DNA of 64,000 bases. Source: Clostridia bacterium (GTDB lineage: Bacteria > Bacillota > Clostridia > Oscillospirales > Acutalibacteraceae). The position numbers and the translations under genes were made by a program. Below, piece by piece: positions 44,326 to 53,871 of this stretch (positions are counted from its first letter, which is position 1; each line of letters begins with the position of its first letter). A model generated the notes under the pieces. It did no database searches. It was given only the letters and a program-made list of their open reading frames with translations, and was not told where the DNA came from. The DNA lies in the NCBI GenBank assembly GCA_017454485.1, contig JAFTCX010000042.1, forward strand, positions 32,178 through 96,177. Direction: 5' to 3'.

Positions 44326-45798
44326 TCAATCCGAAATTTCAATACCGCGCTCCTTACGCATCACGGCAAGCTCAGCCGTGATCTTCTTTTTCTTGTCGCC
44401 GACAATGTCATAGAAGAACAGCGGAATCGCGCAAAGCAGCAGGCTGATGCCCGGAACGATGGAGACCAGCGCATACATGCCGAAGTTCTGTCCGACGCTC
44501 ATGGACTGTGCAATAGAGAGCGCAGCAGCCGGATCGGCAGCGTTGAGGTTCTTCGGATCGATCCGGACGATCAGGTACATGGCAATGATCATCACGGTAG
44601 CGAACGCGTTGCCGAGCTTATTGACAAAGGACTGGCAGGCAGAACCGAGCGCGTTGTCGCGGTGACCGGTCTGCCATTCCATATAGTCGATACAGTCGAA
44701 CACCATTGCGCCCGAGACATTGTTGATAACGCCGAGCGGGATCGCGGCAATGATCATAAACGGGATGCAAAGCAGCAGATTCTTGGTGAACCAGCCGACC
44801 AGCAAGCTCAGCACAGACGCTCCGAAACCGCCAAGGCAAGAGGCGATCATCAGCGTGCGATACTCAAACTTTTTGAACAGCTTCGGCAAGAAGATCATGG
44901 CGCCGAACATACCGACAGCGGCACAGATCTGAATGATCATCTGAATTTTGCTCATGTTTGCACTGAACGCTTCCGCGGTCGTCGGCTGCTGGCCGATATA
45001 AAAACCGGCGTAGCGGGCAACATGCGGCGCAGCAGACTGCAGCATGTAACGGCCGAAGGAAAGCGAGCCGGAAAGCACAACAAGCATGAGCGGCTTGCAT
45101 TTGAAGATGCGCGAAAGTGTGGAGGGTTCGCCCGGAGCGCGTTTTTTCGCGTTCGGATGAACGATGCGCTCTTTAATATTGAACGAGGAAAGAACAAACA
45201 GCGGCATACCGATCACGGACATGGAGATCGCCATGATCGCATATTTCGTTGCGGAATCGCTGATGAAGAAGCCGACAATGATCGGCAGCGCCACCGTCAC
45301 GGCGGAACCGATGCCGCCGACGGTACGGCCGTAGGAGATGATGACGCCGCGCTCCGCCGGATTCGGCGTCATCACGTTCGGCATGCTCCAGAACGGGACG
45401 TCGGACGAGGTGTAGATCATGCCCCAAAGCACATAGACCACAGCGACATACACATACAGCAGCTTGCTCTGACTGCCCGGATCGAAGCCGATCGGACGTG
45501 TGAACATCAGAATGGTCAGTGCGGCGATGGGAATTGCCGTAAACAGCGGGTACGGGCGCATACGACCCCATTTGGTGGTGTGGCGGTCAACGATCATACC
45601 CATGAGCGGGTCATTGATCGCGTCCCAGACACGGGCGAGCAGCATGAGCATGATGACGAACCACGGGGTCAGCATCAGCACGTTCATGTAGAAATCCGTG
45701 ATATAACTGCTCATGCAGCTATAGACAAGACCCTGGCCGAGCGCCGCAATGGCGTAGGTCACGGATTCTTTTTTGGTTACATACTTTCTTTCTTCCAT
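44326..45798 (-). CDS. GPH-family cation symporter (paralog of 20484..22061)
   Basis: ARVWDAINDPLMGMIVDRHTTKWGRMRPY. The ATG at 45798 lies 6 nt after AAGGAGG; the track start is 45837. Confidence 0.85.
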   Translation of the reverse strand: MEERKYVTKKESVTYAIAALGQGLVYSCMSSYITDFYMNVLMLTPWFVIMLMLLARVWDAINDPLMGMIVDRHTTKWGRMRPYPLFTAIPIAALTILMFTRPIGFDPGSQSKLLYVYVAVVYVLWGMIYTSSDVPFWSMPNVMTPNPAERGVIISYGRTVGGIGSAVTVALPIIVGFFISDSATKYAIMAISMSVIGMPLFVLSSFNIKERIVHPNAKKRAPGEPSTLSRIFKCKPLMLVVLSGSLSFGRYMLQSAAPHVARYAGFYIGQQPTTAEAFSANMSKIQMIIQICAAVGMFGAMIFLPKLFKKFEYRTLMIASCLGGFGASVLSLLVGWFTKNLLLCIPFMIIAAIPLGVINNVSGAMVFDCIDYMEWQTGHRDNALGSACQSFVNKLGNAFATVMIIAMYLIVRIDPKNLNAADPAAALSIAQSMSVGQNFGMYALVSIVPGISLLLCAIPLFFYDIVGDKKKKITAELAVMRKERGIEISD

Positions 45799-47276
45799 GA
45801 GAGCCTCCTTTTCATTGCGCCCAGACTCCCCTTCCATGTATGCGGACTGAAGAGAATGAGCATTGGGAACAGTTCCAGCCGTCCGGCAAGCATATCAAAG
45901 ATCAAGACCAGCTTGCTCAGCGGCGAAAACGCTGCATAGTTACCTGCCGGGCCGACAAGATCAAAGCCGGGACCGATGTTGTTGAGCGTGGCGGCGACCG
46001 CAGAAAGCGACGTTGTGAAGTCAAAGCCGTCAAAGCTGACGATGAACACCGAAACAACATAAATGAGGATGCAGAGAATAAAATAGGAGATCGTTCCCTT
46101 GATTACGTCCTCGCTCACGCGTTTTTTGTCGAGCTTGACCACATTGACGCCGCGCGGATGCACGATTGACATGATTTCCCGCAGCGAGCTTTTGACTAAA
46201 AGTATGATCCGGGAAACCTTGATACCGCCGCCGGTACTGCCGGCGCTTGCGCCGATGAACATCAGCGTGAACAGAATCACACGCGACACCGTCGGCCAGC
46301 GTGAAAAATCGGTGGTTGCAAAGCCGGTGGTCGAAATCACGGATGAGACGGAGAACGCCGCGTGATGCAGCGCTTCAAGCGCATTGCCGCCGTAAAACTG
46401 ACGGTAGATATTCAACGTGATGCACAGGATCGAAAAAGCGACGATGCCGATATACCAGCGAAGTTCTTCGCTTTTCAGCGCCTTTTTGATATTCTTGGAT
46501 AGTAAAAGATAATAAACGGAAAAGTTCACACCGAAAAGCAGCATGAACACCGTCACGACCGTTTGCAGATAATGCGCGTGCACATAGGGGAAGCCCATGC
46601 TCGCGTTGCGGATCGCAAAGCCGCCGGTGCCGGCGGTGCCGAAGGCTGTTGTGATCGCGTCGAACCACGGCATGCCGCCCGCAAGCAGCAGCATGGATTC
46701 GAGCACGGTCAGAGCAAAGTAGATCGAATACAGAATAAACGCCGTCTGCCGCACACGCGGAACGAATTTTTCCACCGAAGGCCCGGGGCTTTCCGCTTTC
46801 ATCAGCGACATGATGTGTCCGCCGGTCAGCGGAACGATCGCAATGAGGAACACCAGCACGCCCATGCCGCCGATCCAATGGGAAAAGCTGCGCCAGAACA
46901 GCGCACAGTGCGACAACGCTTCCACGTTTCGCAGGATGCTTGCGCCCGTGGTCGTATAGCCCGACGCCATTTCAAACAGCGCGTCTAAAAAGTGCGGTAT
47001 TTCTTTGGATAGATAAAACGGCAGCGCGCCTGTCAGACTCATCAGCAGCCACGAGAGCGCGACCGTGACAAAGCCTTCTTTTGTATAAAACACCGTGCGC
47101 TTCGGCTTTTTCAGGATCAGAAGCACGCCAAGCACAAGACAGATCAGCGTCATCAGTGCGTAGGACTGCCACTGCGCTTCGCCGTAAAACAGCCCGACCG
47201 CCACCGGCAAGAGAAAGCATAAGCCCTGAATATTCAGCACCCAGCCGAGCAGATACAGAATCATTCGATAATTCAT
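45777..47276 (-). CDS. trkH: TrkH/KtrB-type potassium uptake membrane subunit
   Basis: 499 aa, polytopic, with repeated pore-loop-like TTGF/GTGG/STGG motifs. Adjacent to trkA. Confidence 0.88.
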   Translation of the reverse strand: MNYRMILYLLGWVLNIQGLCFLLPVAVGLFYGEAQWQSYALMTLICLVLGVLLILKKPKRTVFYTKEGFVTVALSWLLMSLTGALPFYLSKEIPHFLDALFEMASGYTTTGASILRNVEALSHCALFWRSFSHWIGGMGVLVFLIAIVPLTGGHIMSLMKAESPGPSVEKFVPRVRQTAFILYSIYFALTVLESMLLLAGGMPWFDAITTAFGTAGTGGFAIRNASMGFPYVHAHYLQTVVTVFMLLFGVNFSVYYLLLSKNIKKALKSEELRWYIGIVAFSILCITLNIYRQFYGGNALEALHHAAFSVSSVISTTGFATTDFSRWPTVSRVILFTLMFIGASAGSTGGGIKVSRIILLVKSSLREIMSIVHPRGVNVVKLDKKRVSEDVIKGTISYFILCILIYVVSVFIVSFDGFDFTTSLSAVAATLNNIGPGFDLVGPAGNYAAFSPLSKLVLIFDMLAGRLELFPMLILFSPHTWKGSLGAMKRRLSWKKESM

Positions 47277-47287
47277 AACGCCACCTG

Positions 47288-48646
47288 CTATGCCAAGATG
47301 TCTTTAAAATCGGCAAGGGAGCGATCCGTTGTTACAACGACCACCGTATCACCGAGCTGCACGCTGTCGCGGCCGGAGGGAACGATGATTTTTCCGTGGC
47401 GGCTGATGCAGCACAGCAGCAAATTCTTTTTCAGCTGCAGCTCCATCAGCGGCTTTCCGACTGCCGCACTTTGGGAACGAACGTTGAATTCAAGCGCCTG
47501 TGCTTTGCCGCCGACGATGTTGTAAAGCGTCTGCACATTGCTGCCGGTGGAGTTTTCCAGCGCGCGCACATAACTGAGGATCATTTCCGAAGTGATGAAT
47601 TTCGGATAGACCACCGAGCCGACCGACAGCCGTTCAATAATCCCTTCAAAATTCATCTTATTCACTTTTGTCACGGTTTTTGCACGGAAATGCGAACGTA
47701 CAAACAGCGAGAGCATCAAATTTTCTTCGTCGATGTCCGTCAGCGCCGCAAAACCGTCCGCATCTTCGATTCCCTCTTCCAGCAGCAGATTCTGATCGCT
47801 GCCGTCGCCGTTGATGATTACAACGCTGTCGGGCAGCGCAGCGTTGAGAAATACGCAACGCTCCTGATCTTTTTCAATGAGCTTGACGCGAAACCCGTAT
47901 TCCGAGAGCCGCCTTGCAAGATAAAAGCCGATTTTGCTGCCGCCGACGATGAGGATGGATTTAATGTGCCCTTTTGAAAATCCGGCTTTTTTGAAGAACT
48001 GGCCCGCTTCCCGCCGCGCAGCGACAAAGGAGATTGCGTCGCCGGGCTGCAGAATATCGTCGCCGGAAGGAATGATGACTTCGTTTCCGCGTTCGATGGC
48101 ACAGATGAGGATCTTGCCGGAGAGCTTTCCGAGCGCGTTTTTCAGCGGCACGCCGAGCAGCGGCGAATCGGACGGGAGCATCGTCTTGAGCAGTTCGATA
48201 CGTCCGCGTGCAAAGGTGTCCACTTCCATGGCGGACGGAATGGAGAACAGACGTGTGATCTCGGCCGCGGTTTCAAGCTCCGGGTTGACGATCATGGAGA
48301 TGCCGAGCTTTTCTTTGATGAATCCGCGCTCGTTAATATAATCTGGATTGCGCACACGCGCGATCGTAATACAGTTTGACGCTTTTTTTGCGATCAGACA
48401 GCACAGCAGGTTTTGTTCGTCCGAGCCGGTCATGGCGATCAGCATATCGGCATATTCGATGCCGGCGTCTTTCTGAATGCTGTGGGAAACGCCGTTGCCG
48501 ATCACGCCCATCACATCGCAGCGGTTCGTGACCGCCGTCACCTGCTTGGGATCCTGATCCACAACGGTGATGTCGTGCCCCTCGGCGATAAGTTGTTCCG
48601 CCAAAGCCGCACCGACTTTACCGCAGCCGACAATGATAATGTTCAT
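47288..48646 (-). CDS. trkA: Trk system NAD-binding subunit (tandem RCK domains)
   Basis: MNIIIVGCGKVGAAL and a second ILIVGGSKIG Rossmann motif. Confidence 0.9.
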   Translation of the reverse strand: MNIIIVGCGKVGAALAEQLIAEGHDITVVDQDPKQVTAVTNRCDVMGVIGNGVSHSIQKDAGIEYADMLIAMTGSDEQNLLCCLIAKKASNCITIARVRNPDYINERGFIKEKLGISMIVNPELETAAEITRLFSIPSAMEVDTFARGRIELLKTMLPSDSPLLGVPLKNALGKLSGKILICAIERGNEVIIPSGDDILQPGDAISFVAARREAGQFFKKAGFSKGHIKSILIVGGSKIGFYLARRLSEYGFRVKLIEKDQERCVFLNAALPDSVVIINGDGSDQNLLLEEGIEDADGFAALTDIDEENLMLSLFVRSHFRAKTVTKVNKMNFEGIIERLSVGSVVYPKFITSEMILSYVRALENSTGSNVQTLYNIVGGKAQALEFNVRSQSAAVGKPLMELQLKKNLLLCCISRHGKIIVPSGRDSVQLGDTVVVVTTDRSLADFKDILA

Positions 48647-48875
48647 AGAATTTCCTCTCGATTAAGTGCCCACTGTTAAAAAGAAGCTTTCTCAATTATT
48701 TATATTAACATATATTTGATATTTTTTCCATAACTTTTTCAAGTTTTCGACCCCTCCGAGGCATAGTTGGATGTAGAAAAAAAGGGAAGAATTTTGTTTG
48801 TTTTTGCCGAAAGATTCAAAACACAAGAAAATTTCAGCAATCCGAGCATTTTGACTTTCATTCTTTTTAAAAGTA

Positions 48876-48884
48876 TGGTATAAT
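48876..48884 (+). promoter_or_regulatory. Extended -10 promoter element (TGgTATAAT) upstream of the flavodiiron gene
   Basis: TGGTATAAT at 48876..48884. A TTGACT at 48851 is 22 nt away, which is too far for a canonical -35. Confidence 0.4.
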
Positions 48885-48915
48885 ACCTGCAAATTAAGCA
48901 GAAAGGTTGAAAACT

Positions 48916-50706
48916 ATGGAAATTACCAAGGATATCCGCTATATCGGCGTGAACGATCATCAGATCGACTTGTTTGAGGGACAGTATATCGTTCCCAACG
49001 GCATGGCATACAACTCCTATGTCATCCTTGACGAACAAATCGCCGTAATGGATACGGTTGACAAAAACTTTACACATCAGTGGCTCGACAACCTCGACAA
49101 AGCACTTGAAGGCCGCAAGCCCGACTATTTGATCGTGCAGCACATGGAGCCGGATCATTCCGCGAATATCGTCAACTTTATGAATACCTACCCAAACGCA
49201 ACGATCGTTTCCTCCGCAAAAGCGTTCACGATGATGAACAACTTCTTCGGCAAGGATTTTTCCGAGCGCCGCATTGTGATCAAAGAGGGCGATATGTTGC
49301 CGCTCGGTTTGCATGAGCTGCACTTTGTTGCTGCGCCGATGGTCCACTGGCCGGAGGTTATGGTCACCTATGACGCCACGGACAAGGTGCTGTTCAGCGC
49401 AGACGGTTTCGGAAAATTCGGCGCGTTGGATGTGGAGGAAGACTGGGCGTGTGAAGCGCGCCGCTACTATATCGGCATCGTCGGCAAATACGGCGCACAG
49501 GTGCAAGCCCTGCTCAAAAAAGCCGCCGCGCTGGACATTCAGATCATCTGCCCGCTGCACGGTCCTGTCCTCAAAGAGAACCTCGGCTACTATCTCGGCC
49601 TTTACAACACCTGGTCCTCCTACGGCGTGGAAAGCGACGGCATCCTGATCAGCTATACATCCGTTTACGGCAATACGAAAAAGGCGGTCGAACTGCTGGC
49701 GCAGAAGCTGAAGGAAAAAGGCTGCCCGAAGGTGGTTGTCAACGATCTTGCGCGCGAAGATATGGCGGAGTGTGTGGAGGATGCGTTCCGCTACGGCCGT
49801 CTTGTGTTTGCAACAACGACGTATAACGCCGACATTTTCCCGTTTATGCGCGAATTCATCGACCATCTGACCGAGCGCAATTTCCAAAACAAGACCGTTG
49901 CGTTCATTGAAAACGGCTCCTGGGCGCCGATGGCCACCAAGACGATGAAGAAAATGCTGGAGGGCTGCAAGAACTTGAGCTATGCCGAAACCGATGTGCG
50001 CATCACCTCGGCGCTCAATGACGCGAGCAAGGAACAGATTGAAAAGCTTGCGGATGAGTTGTGCAAGGATTATCTCGCCCAGCACGACGAGACTGCAAAC
50101 AAGAACGACCTCTCTGCCCTGTTCAGCATCGGCTACGGTCTGTATGTTGTCACGTCCAATGACGGCAAAAAAGACAATGGTCTGATCGTCAATACCGTCA
50201 CACAGGTGACGAATACACCCAACCGTATCGCTGTGACGATCAACAAGGAAAACTATTCCCACCATGTGATCAAGCAGACCGGGAAGATGAATGTCAATGT
50301 GCTCAGTGAGGAAGCGCCGTTCAAGGTGTTTGAAACCTTCGGGTTCCAAAGCGGCCGCGGCGTGGACAAGTTCAAGGACTGCACGCCTCTGCGTTCCGAC
50401 AACGGTCTGGTCTTTTTGCCGAAATACATCAACGCCATGCTTTCGCTGAAGGTAGAGGATTATGTGGATCTTGACACCCACGGCATGTTTATCTGCACAG
50501 TGACGGAAGCGCGTGTGATCTCTGACAAGCCGACCATGACTTATACCTATTATCAAAACAACGTCAAGCCGAAACCGAAGACCGAAGGCAAGAAAGGCTT
50601 TGTCTGCAAGATCTGCGGCTATGTCTATGAAGGCGATGAGCTGCCCGATGATTACATCTGTCCGCTGTGCAAACACGGCGTTGCCGATTTTGAACCGATC
50701 GAATAA
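48916..50706 (+). CDS. Multidomain flavodiiron protein: metallo-beta-lactamase-like diiron, flavodoxin-like, flavin-reductase-like and rubredoxin domains
   Basis: HMEPDH diiron ligand motif, a central flavodoxin-like segment, a flavin reductase-like segment (GLYVVTSNDGKKDNGLIVNT) and a C-terminal CKICGYVY...CPLC. The ATG at 48916 is preferred; the track start at 48907 is TTG. Confidence 0.85.
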   Translation: MEITKDIRYIGVNDHQIDLFEGQYIVPNGMAYNSYVILDEQIAVMDTVDKNFTHQWLDNLDKALEGRKPDYLIVQHMEPDHSANIVNFMNTYPNATIVSSAKAFTMMNNFFGKDFSERRIVIKEGDMLPLGLHELHFVAAPMVHWPEVMVTYDATDKVLFSADGFGKFGALDVEEDWACEARRYYIGIVGKYGAQVQALLKKAAALDIQIICPLHGPVLKENLGYYLGLYNTWSSYGVESDGILISYTSVYGNTKKAVELLAQKLKEKGCPKVVVNDLAREDMAECVEDAFRYGRLVFATTTYNADIFPFMREFIDHLTERNFQNKTVAFIENGSWAPMATKTMKKMLEGCKNLSYAETDVRITSALNDASKEQIEKLADELCKDYLAQHDETANKNDLSALFSIGYGLYVVTSNDGKKDNGLIVNTVTQVTNTPNRIAVTINKENYSHHVIKQTGKMNVNVLSEEAPFKVFETFGFQSGRGVDKFKDCTPLRSDNGLVFLPKYINAMLSLKVEDYVDLDTHGMFICTVTEARVISDKPTMTYTYYQNNVKPKPKTEGKKGFVCKICGYVYEGDELPDDYICPLCKHGVADFEPIE

Positions 50707-50735
50707 TTAAAAAATATTAAAACGTGTGCAATGTA

Positions 50736-50764
50736 TTGACTTTAGGTGTTTAAAGTGATAAAAT
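50736..50764 (+). promoter_or_regulatory. SigmaA-type promoter of the aromatic amino-acid operon (TTGACT-17 nt-TAAAAT with TGa extended -10)
   Basis: Motifs at 50736..50741 and 50759..50764. Confidence 0.55.
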
Positions 50765-50792
50765 ACACCCAACATTTACAGGAGGAATCCGA

Positions 50793-50852
50793 ATGATGAC
50801 CAGAACTTTTACAGCTGCTTACTATTATTTTACCTTTATTAACAAAAGTTAA
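50793..50852 (+). CDS. 19-codon leader peptide MMTRTFTAAYYYFTFINKS (3 Tyr and 3 Phe)
   Basis: AGGAGG lies 7 nt upstream of the ATG. Double stop TAATAG. Located between the promoter and an intrinsic terminator upstream of aroF. Confidence 0.55.
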   Translation: MMTRTFTAAYYYFTFINKS

Positions 50853-50896
50853 TAGAGGCGTTCACGCATGCTGTAAAAGAGGACAATGTACACGAT

Positions 50897-50932
50897 CCCC
50901 GCAGTGAACGAACGCTGCGGGGTTTTCTTTTT
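50897..50932 (+). terminator. Intrinsic terminator (attenuator) in the aro operon leader
   Basis: CCCCGCAG-10 nt-CTGCGGGG followed by TTTTCTTTTT. It ends 17 nt before the aroF ATG. Confidence 0.7.
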
Positions 50933-50949
50933 CAAGGAGGTTTTTTATC

Positions 50950-51957
50950 ATGGTCGTAGTTGTAAAAAAAGGAACAGATGAACATCAGCTCTCCACCCTT
51001 GTGGAATGGCTGCATTCCATGGACATCACCGTCAACCGAAGCGAAGGCGCATATGACACCGTACTCGGACTGATCGGTGACACCAGCCGGATCGATATCG
51101 ACCTGATCGAAGGCTTGGGCATTGTGGATTCCGTAACCCGCATTTCGGAGCCTTACAAAAGCGCAAACCGCAAGTTTCACCCCGACGACACCGTCATCGA
51201 TGTCGGCGGAATCAAAATCGGCGGCGGCACGCTGCAATTCATTGCAGGCCCCTGCTCGGTTGAATCGCCCGAACAGATTACATCCATCGCCGAAGACGTC
51301 AAAGCAGCGGGCGCGGCATTTTTACGCGGCGGCGCATTCAAGCCGCGCACCTCGCCCTACGCTTTTCAAGGTATGCGTGCCGAGGGACTGGAACTGTTGA
51401 AGATAGCCAAAGAGAAAACGGGAATGCCGATCGTGACCGAGATCATGGATCTTTCCCATCTTGATCTTTTCGCAGATGTGGACATCATTCAAGTCGGCGC
51501 GCGCAATATGCAGAACTTTGAACTGCTCAAAGAGCTCGGTCACTGTGACAAGCCGATTTTGCTCAAGCGCGGCCTTTCCGCAACGATGGAAGAGCTGCTC
51601 ATGAGCGCGGAATACATCATGGCCGGCGGCAACAGCAAGGTCATTCTCTGCGAGCGCGGCATCCGCACCTTTGAAAAATACACACGCAACACCTTTGACG
51701 TTTCTGCCATTCCATTGCTGAAAGAAAAGACCCACCTTCCCGTCATCGCCGACCCGAGCCACGCCGGCGGCATTGCACGACTGGTGGAGCCGCTTGCGCT
51801 TTCTGCGGTTGCTGCAGGCGCGGACGGTATCATGATCGAAGTCCACAACGACCCGGCACACGCCCTTTGCGACGGTCCGCAGGCGCTTACACCGCCGCAG
51901 TTCGCACAAGTGGTCAAGCGCGCCAACGAGATTTGGAAGGTGATGGCCAATGACTGA
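50950..51957 (+). CDS. aroF: DAHP synthase, type I-beta, with N-terminal ferredoxin/ACT-like regulatory domain
   Basis: The ~70-aa N-terminal extension (VVVVKKGTDEHQL...VTRISEPYK) precedes a KDSA/AroF-like barrel (IAGPCSVES, LKRG, ADPSH). Confidence 0.9.
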   Translation: MVVVVKKGTDEHQLSTLVEWLHSMDITVNRSEGAYDTVLGLIGDTSRIDIDLIEGLGIVDSVTRISEPYKSANRKFHPDDTVIDVGGIKIGGGTLQFIAGPCSVESPEQITSIAEDVKAAGAAFLRGGAFKPRTSPYAFQGMRAEGLELLKIAKEKTGMPIVTEIMDLSHLDLFADVDIIQVGARNMQNFELLKELGHCDKPILLKRGLSATMEELLMSAEYIMAGGNSKVILCERGIRTFEKYTRNTFDVSAIPLLKEKTHLPVIADPSHAGGIARLVEPLALSAVAAGADGIMIEVHNDPAHALCDGPQALTPPQFAQVVKRANEIWKVMAND

Positions 51958-52804
51958 GCAAACTCTGACCGTCGGCATCGTCGGTTTGGGACTGATCGGC
52001 GGTTCGTTTGCAAAAGCGCTCAAGACGCATACAGCGCACCGTGTGCTCGCGCACGACAAAGATCAGACCACCCTGCTCGCCGCGCAGATGACCGGCGACA
52101 TTGACGGCGCGTTGACGGACGAAACACTTGGACAATGCAACGTGCTGCTGCTCTCGCTCTACCCTCAGGCGACCGTGGACTTTTTGAGCACGCACGCGCC
52201 GGCGATTGCAAAAGGCTGCCTTGTGTTTGACTGCTGCGGCGTCAAGCGTTTCGTTTGCGAACGCATAGAACCGCTTGCACAGCAATTCGGTTTTCGCTTT
52301 TTCGGCGGACATCCGATGGCGGGCGCACAGTTTTCCGGTTTTTCCCATGCGCGCGATAATCTTTTTAAAGGCGCGTACATGATCCTTGCCGCCGGAGAGA
52401 TCAACGATATTGTATTGCTCGAACAGATCAAGCGTTTTTTCACCTCACTCGGCTTTGAAAAACTGACGATCACCACACCGCAGGAGCACGACCGCATCAT
52501 CGCCTATACGTCGCAGCTCGCACATGTGGTTTCCAACGCATACATCAAAAGTCCGACCGCACAGCGCCGCAGCGGTTTCTCCGCCGGCTCGTTCCGTGAC
52601 ATGACCCGTGTGGCGCGGCTGAATGTGCCGATGTGGACGGAGCTGTTTTTGGAAAACGGCGACTACCTTTCCGATGAAATCGACCTTTTGATCGAACATC
52701 TGCAGGCGTTTTCAAATGCCATCAAAACGCAGGATTCCGAAACGCTGTCCGCGCTTTTACAAGACGGCGCCACACAAAAGAAAAAGACACTCACCAACCG
52801 CTGA
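51950..52804 (+). CDS. tyrA: Prephenate dehydrogenase
   Basis: VGIVGLGLIGGSFAKAL Rossmann motif and GGHPMAG motif. Overlaps the aroF stop. Confidence 0.88.
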   Translation: MTEQTLTVGIVGLGLIGGSFAKALKTHTAHRVLAHDKDQTTLLAAQMTGDIDGALTDETLGQCNVLLLSLYPQATVDFLSTHAPAIAKGCLVFDCCGVKRFVCERIEPLAQQFGFRFFGGHPMAGAQFSGFSHARDNLFKGAYMILAAGEINDIVLLEQIKRFFTSLGFEKLTITTPQEHDRIIAYTSQLAHVVSNAYIKSPTAQRRSGFSAGSFRDMTRVARLNVPMWTELFLENGDYLSDEIDLLIEHLQAFSNAIKTQDSETLSALLQDGATQKKKTLTNR

Positions 52805-52818
52805 AAAAGGAGCTCAGT

Positions 52819-53871
52819 ATGGAACAACTCACCGTCAACGCTTCGCGCGTGTATGACATCTTTATCGGGCACGGCGTGCGCGATCTGCTTTCCGAAAAGC
52901 TTTCGGCGCTGTTTGGGAAAGTGAAGGTCTGCTTGGTTTGTGACAGCAATGTTGCTCCCTTGCACGCAAAGGAAGCGCTGTCCGCGCTGGAAGCTAATGG
53001 CTTTTCCGTGGAAAACTATATTTTTCCCGCAGGAGAGCAGAGCAAAAGCCCCGACACGCTTTTTTCGCTGCTGGAATTTCTCGCGGAAAAGCAATTTTCA
53101 AGAAAAGATGTGCTCGTCGCGCTCGGCGGCGGCGTAACAGGCGATCTGACCGGCCTTGCATCGGCACTGTTCATGCGCGGGATGCATCTTGTACAGATGC
53201 CGACGTCGCTGCTGGCGATGGTGGATTCCTCCGTCGGCGGAAAAACCGCTGTCAATTTAAAGGCCGGAAAAAACCTTGCCGGTGTATTCTGCCAGCCGGA
53301 GCTGGTGCTTTGCGACCTCGATTATCTGTCCACCCTGCCGCAAAAGGACTTTGCCGACGGCATGGCCGAGGTCATCAAATACGGCGTGATCGCCGACAGC
53401 GCGTTGTTCGACCTTGTCAAAGACGGCGACGTGCAAAAGAACCTGGAAGAGATTGTCACCGCCTGTGTGCGCATCAAGCGCGATGTGGTGGCGCAGGATG
53501 AATTTGACACCGGCGAGCGCGCAAAGCTGAATTTCGGCCATACGCTTGCGCACGCCATTGAAAAGAAGAGCGGCTTTGCCGTTTCGCACGGCGCGGCGGT
53601 CGCCATGGGCATGGTTGCCGTCTGCGCCATTGCGGACGCTAACGGGCTCAGCGACGCGCTGACGCTTCCGGCGGTCAAGGCGGCGGTGGAAGCCAACGGG
53701 CTGAGCGTCACGTCGCCCTTTTCACTGCCGACGCTGTATGAGGCTTCCATCGGCGACAAAAAACGCAGCGGCAACACACTGACACTTGTGCTGCCGAATG
53801 AAATCGGGCGCTGCTATCTGAAAACGGTTTCGCTCGATGCGTGGAAGGAGCTGCTCGCCACATGGACGTAA
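52819..53871 (+). CDS. aroB: 3-dehydroquinate synthase
   Basis: GGGVTGDLTG...MPTSLLAMVDSSVGGKTAVN and FGHTLAHAIE motifs. Confidence 0.9.
   Translation: MEQLTVNASRVYDIFIGHGVRDLLSEKLSALFGKVKVCLVCDSNVAPLHAKEALSALEANGFSVENYIFPAGEQSKSPDTLFSLLEFLAEKQFSRKDVLVALGGGVTGDLTGLASALFMRGMHLVQMPTSLLAMVDSSVGGKTAVNLKAGKNLAGVFCQPELVLCDLDYLSTLPQKDFADGMAEVIKYGVIADSALFDLVKDGDVQKNLEEIVTACVRIKRDVVAQDEFDTGERAKLNFGHTLAHAIEKKSGFAVSHGAAVAMGMVAVCAIADANGLSDALTLPAVKAAVEANGLSVTSPFSLPTLYEASIGDKKRSGNTLTLVLPNEIGRCYLKTVSLDAWKELLATWT

Noticed and set aside
45777-45837. Apparent 61-nt overlap between trkH and the GPH transporter ORF.
   Set aside because: The ATG at 45798 has a consensus AAGGAGG RBS, which reduces the overlap to 22 nt. 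The longer N-terminus is probably not translated.
44293-45939. 548-aa plus-strand ORF.
   Set aside because: It is antisense to the second GPH transporter, and the translation is Arg/His/Asp-rich low complexity.
48739-50676. 645-aa minus-strand ORF.
   Set aside because: It is antisense to the flavodiiron gene, which has clear diiron and rubredoxin motifs.
50765-50949. Possible T-box or other riboswitch in the aro operon leader.
   Set aside because: The leader is short. I could not find the conserved T-box sequence or a specifier-loop/AG-bulge architecture. A translatable Tyr/Phe-rich ORF with a strong RBS explains the region better.
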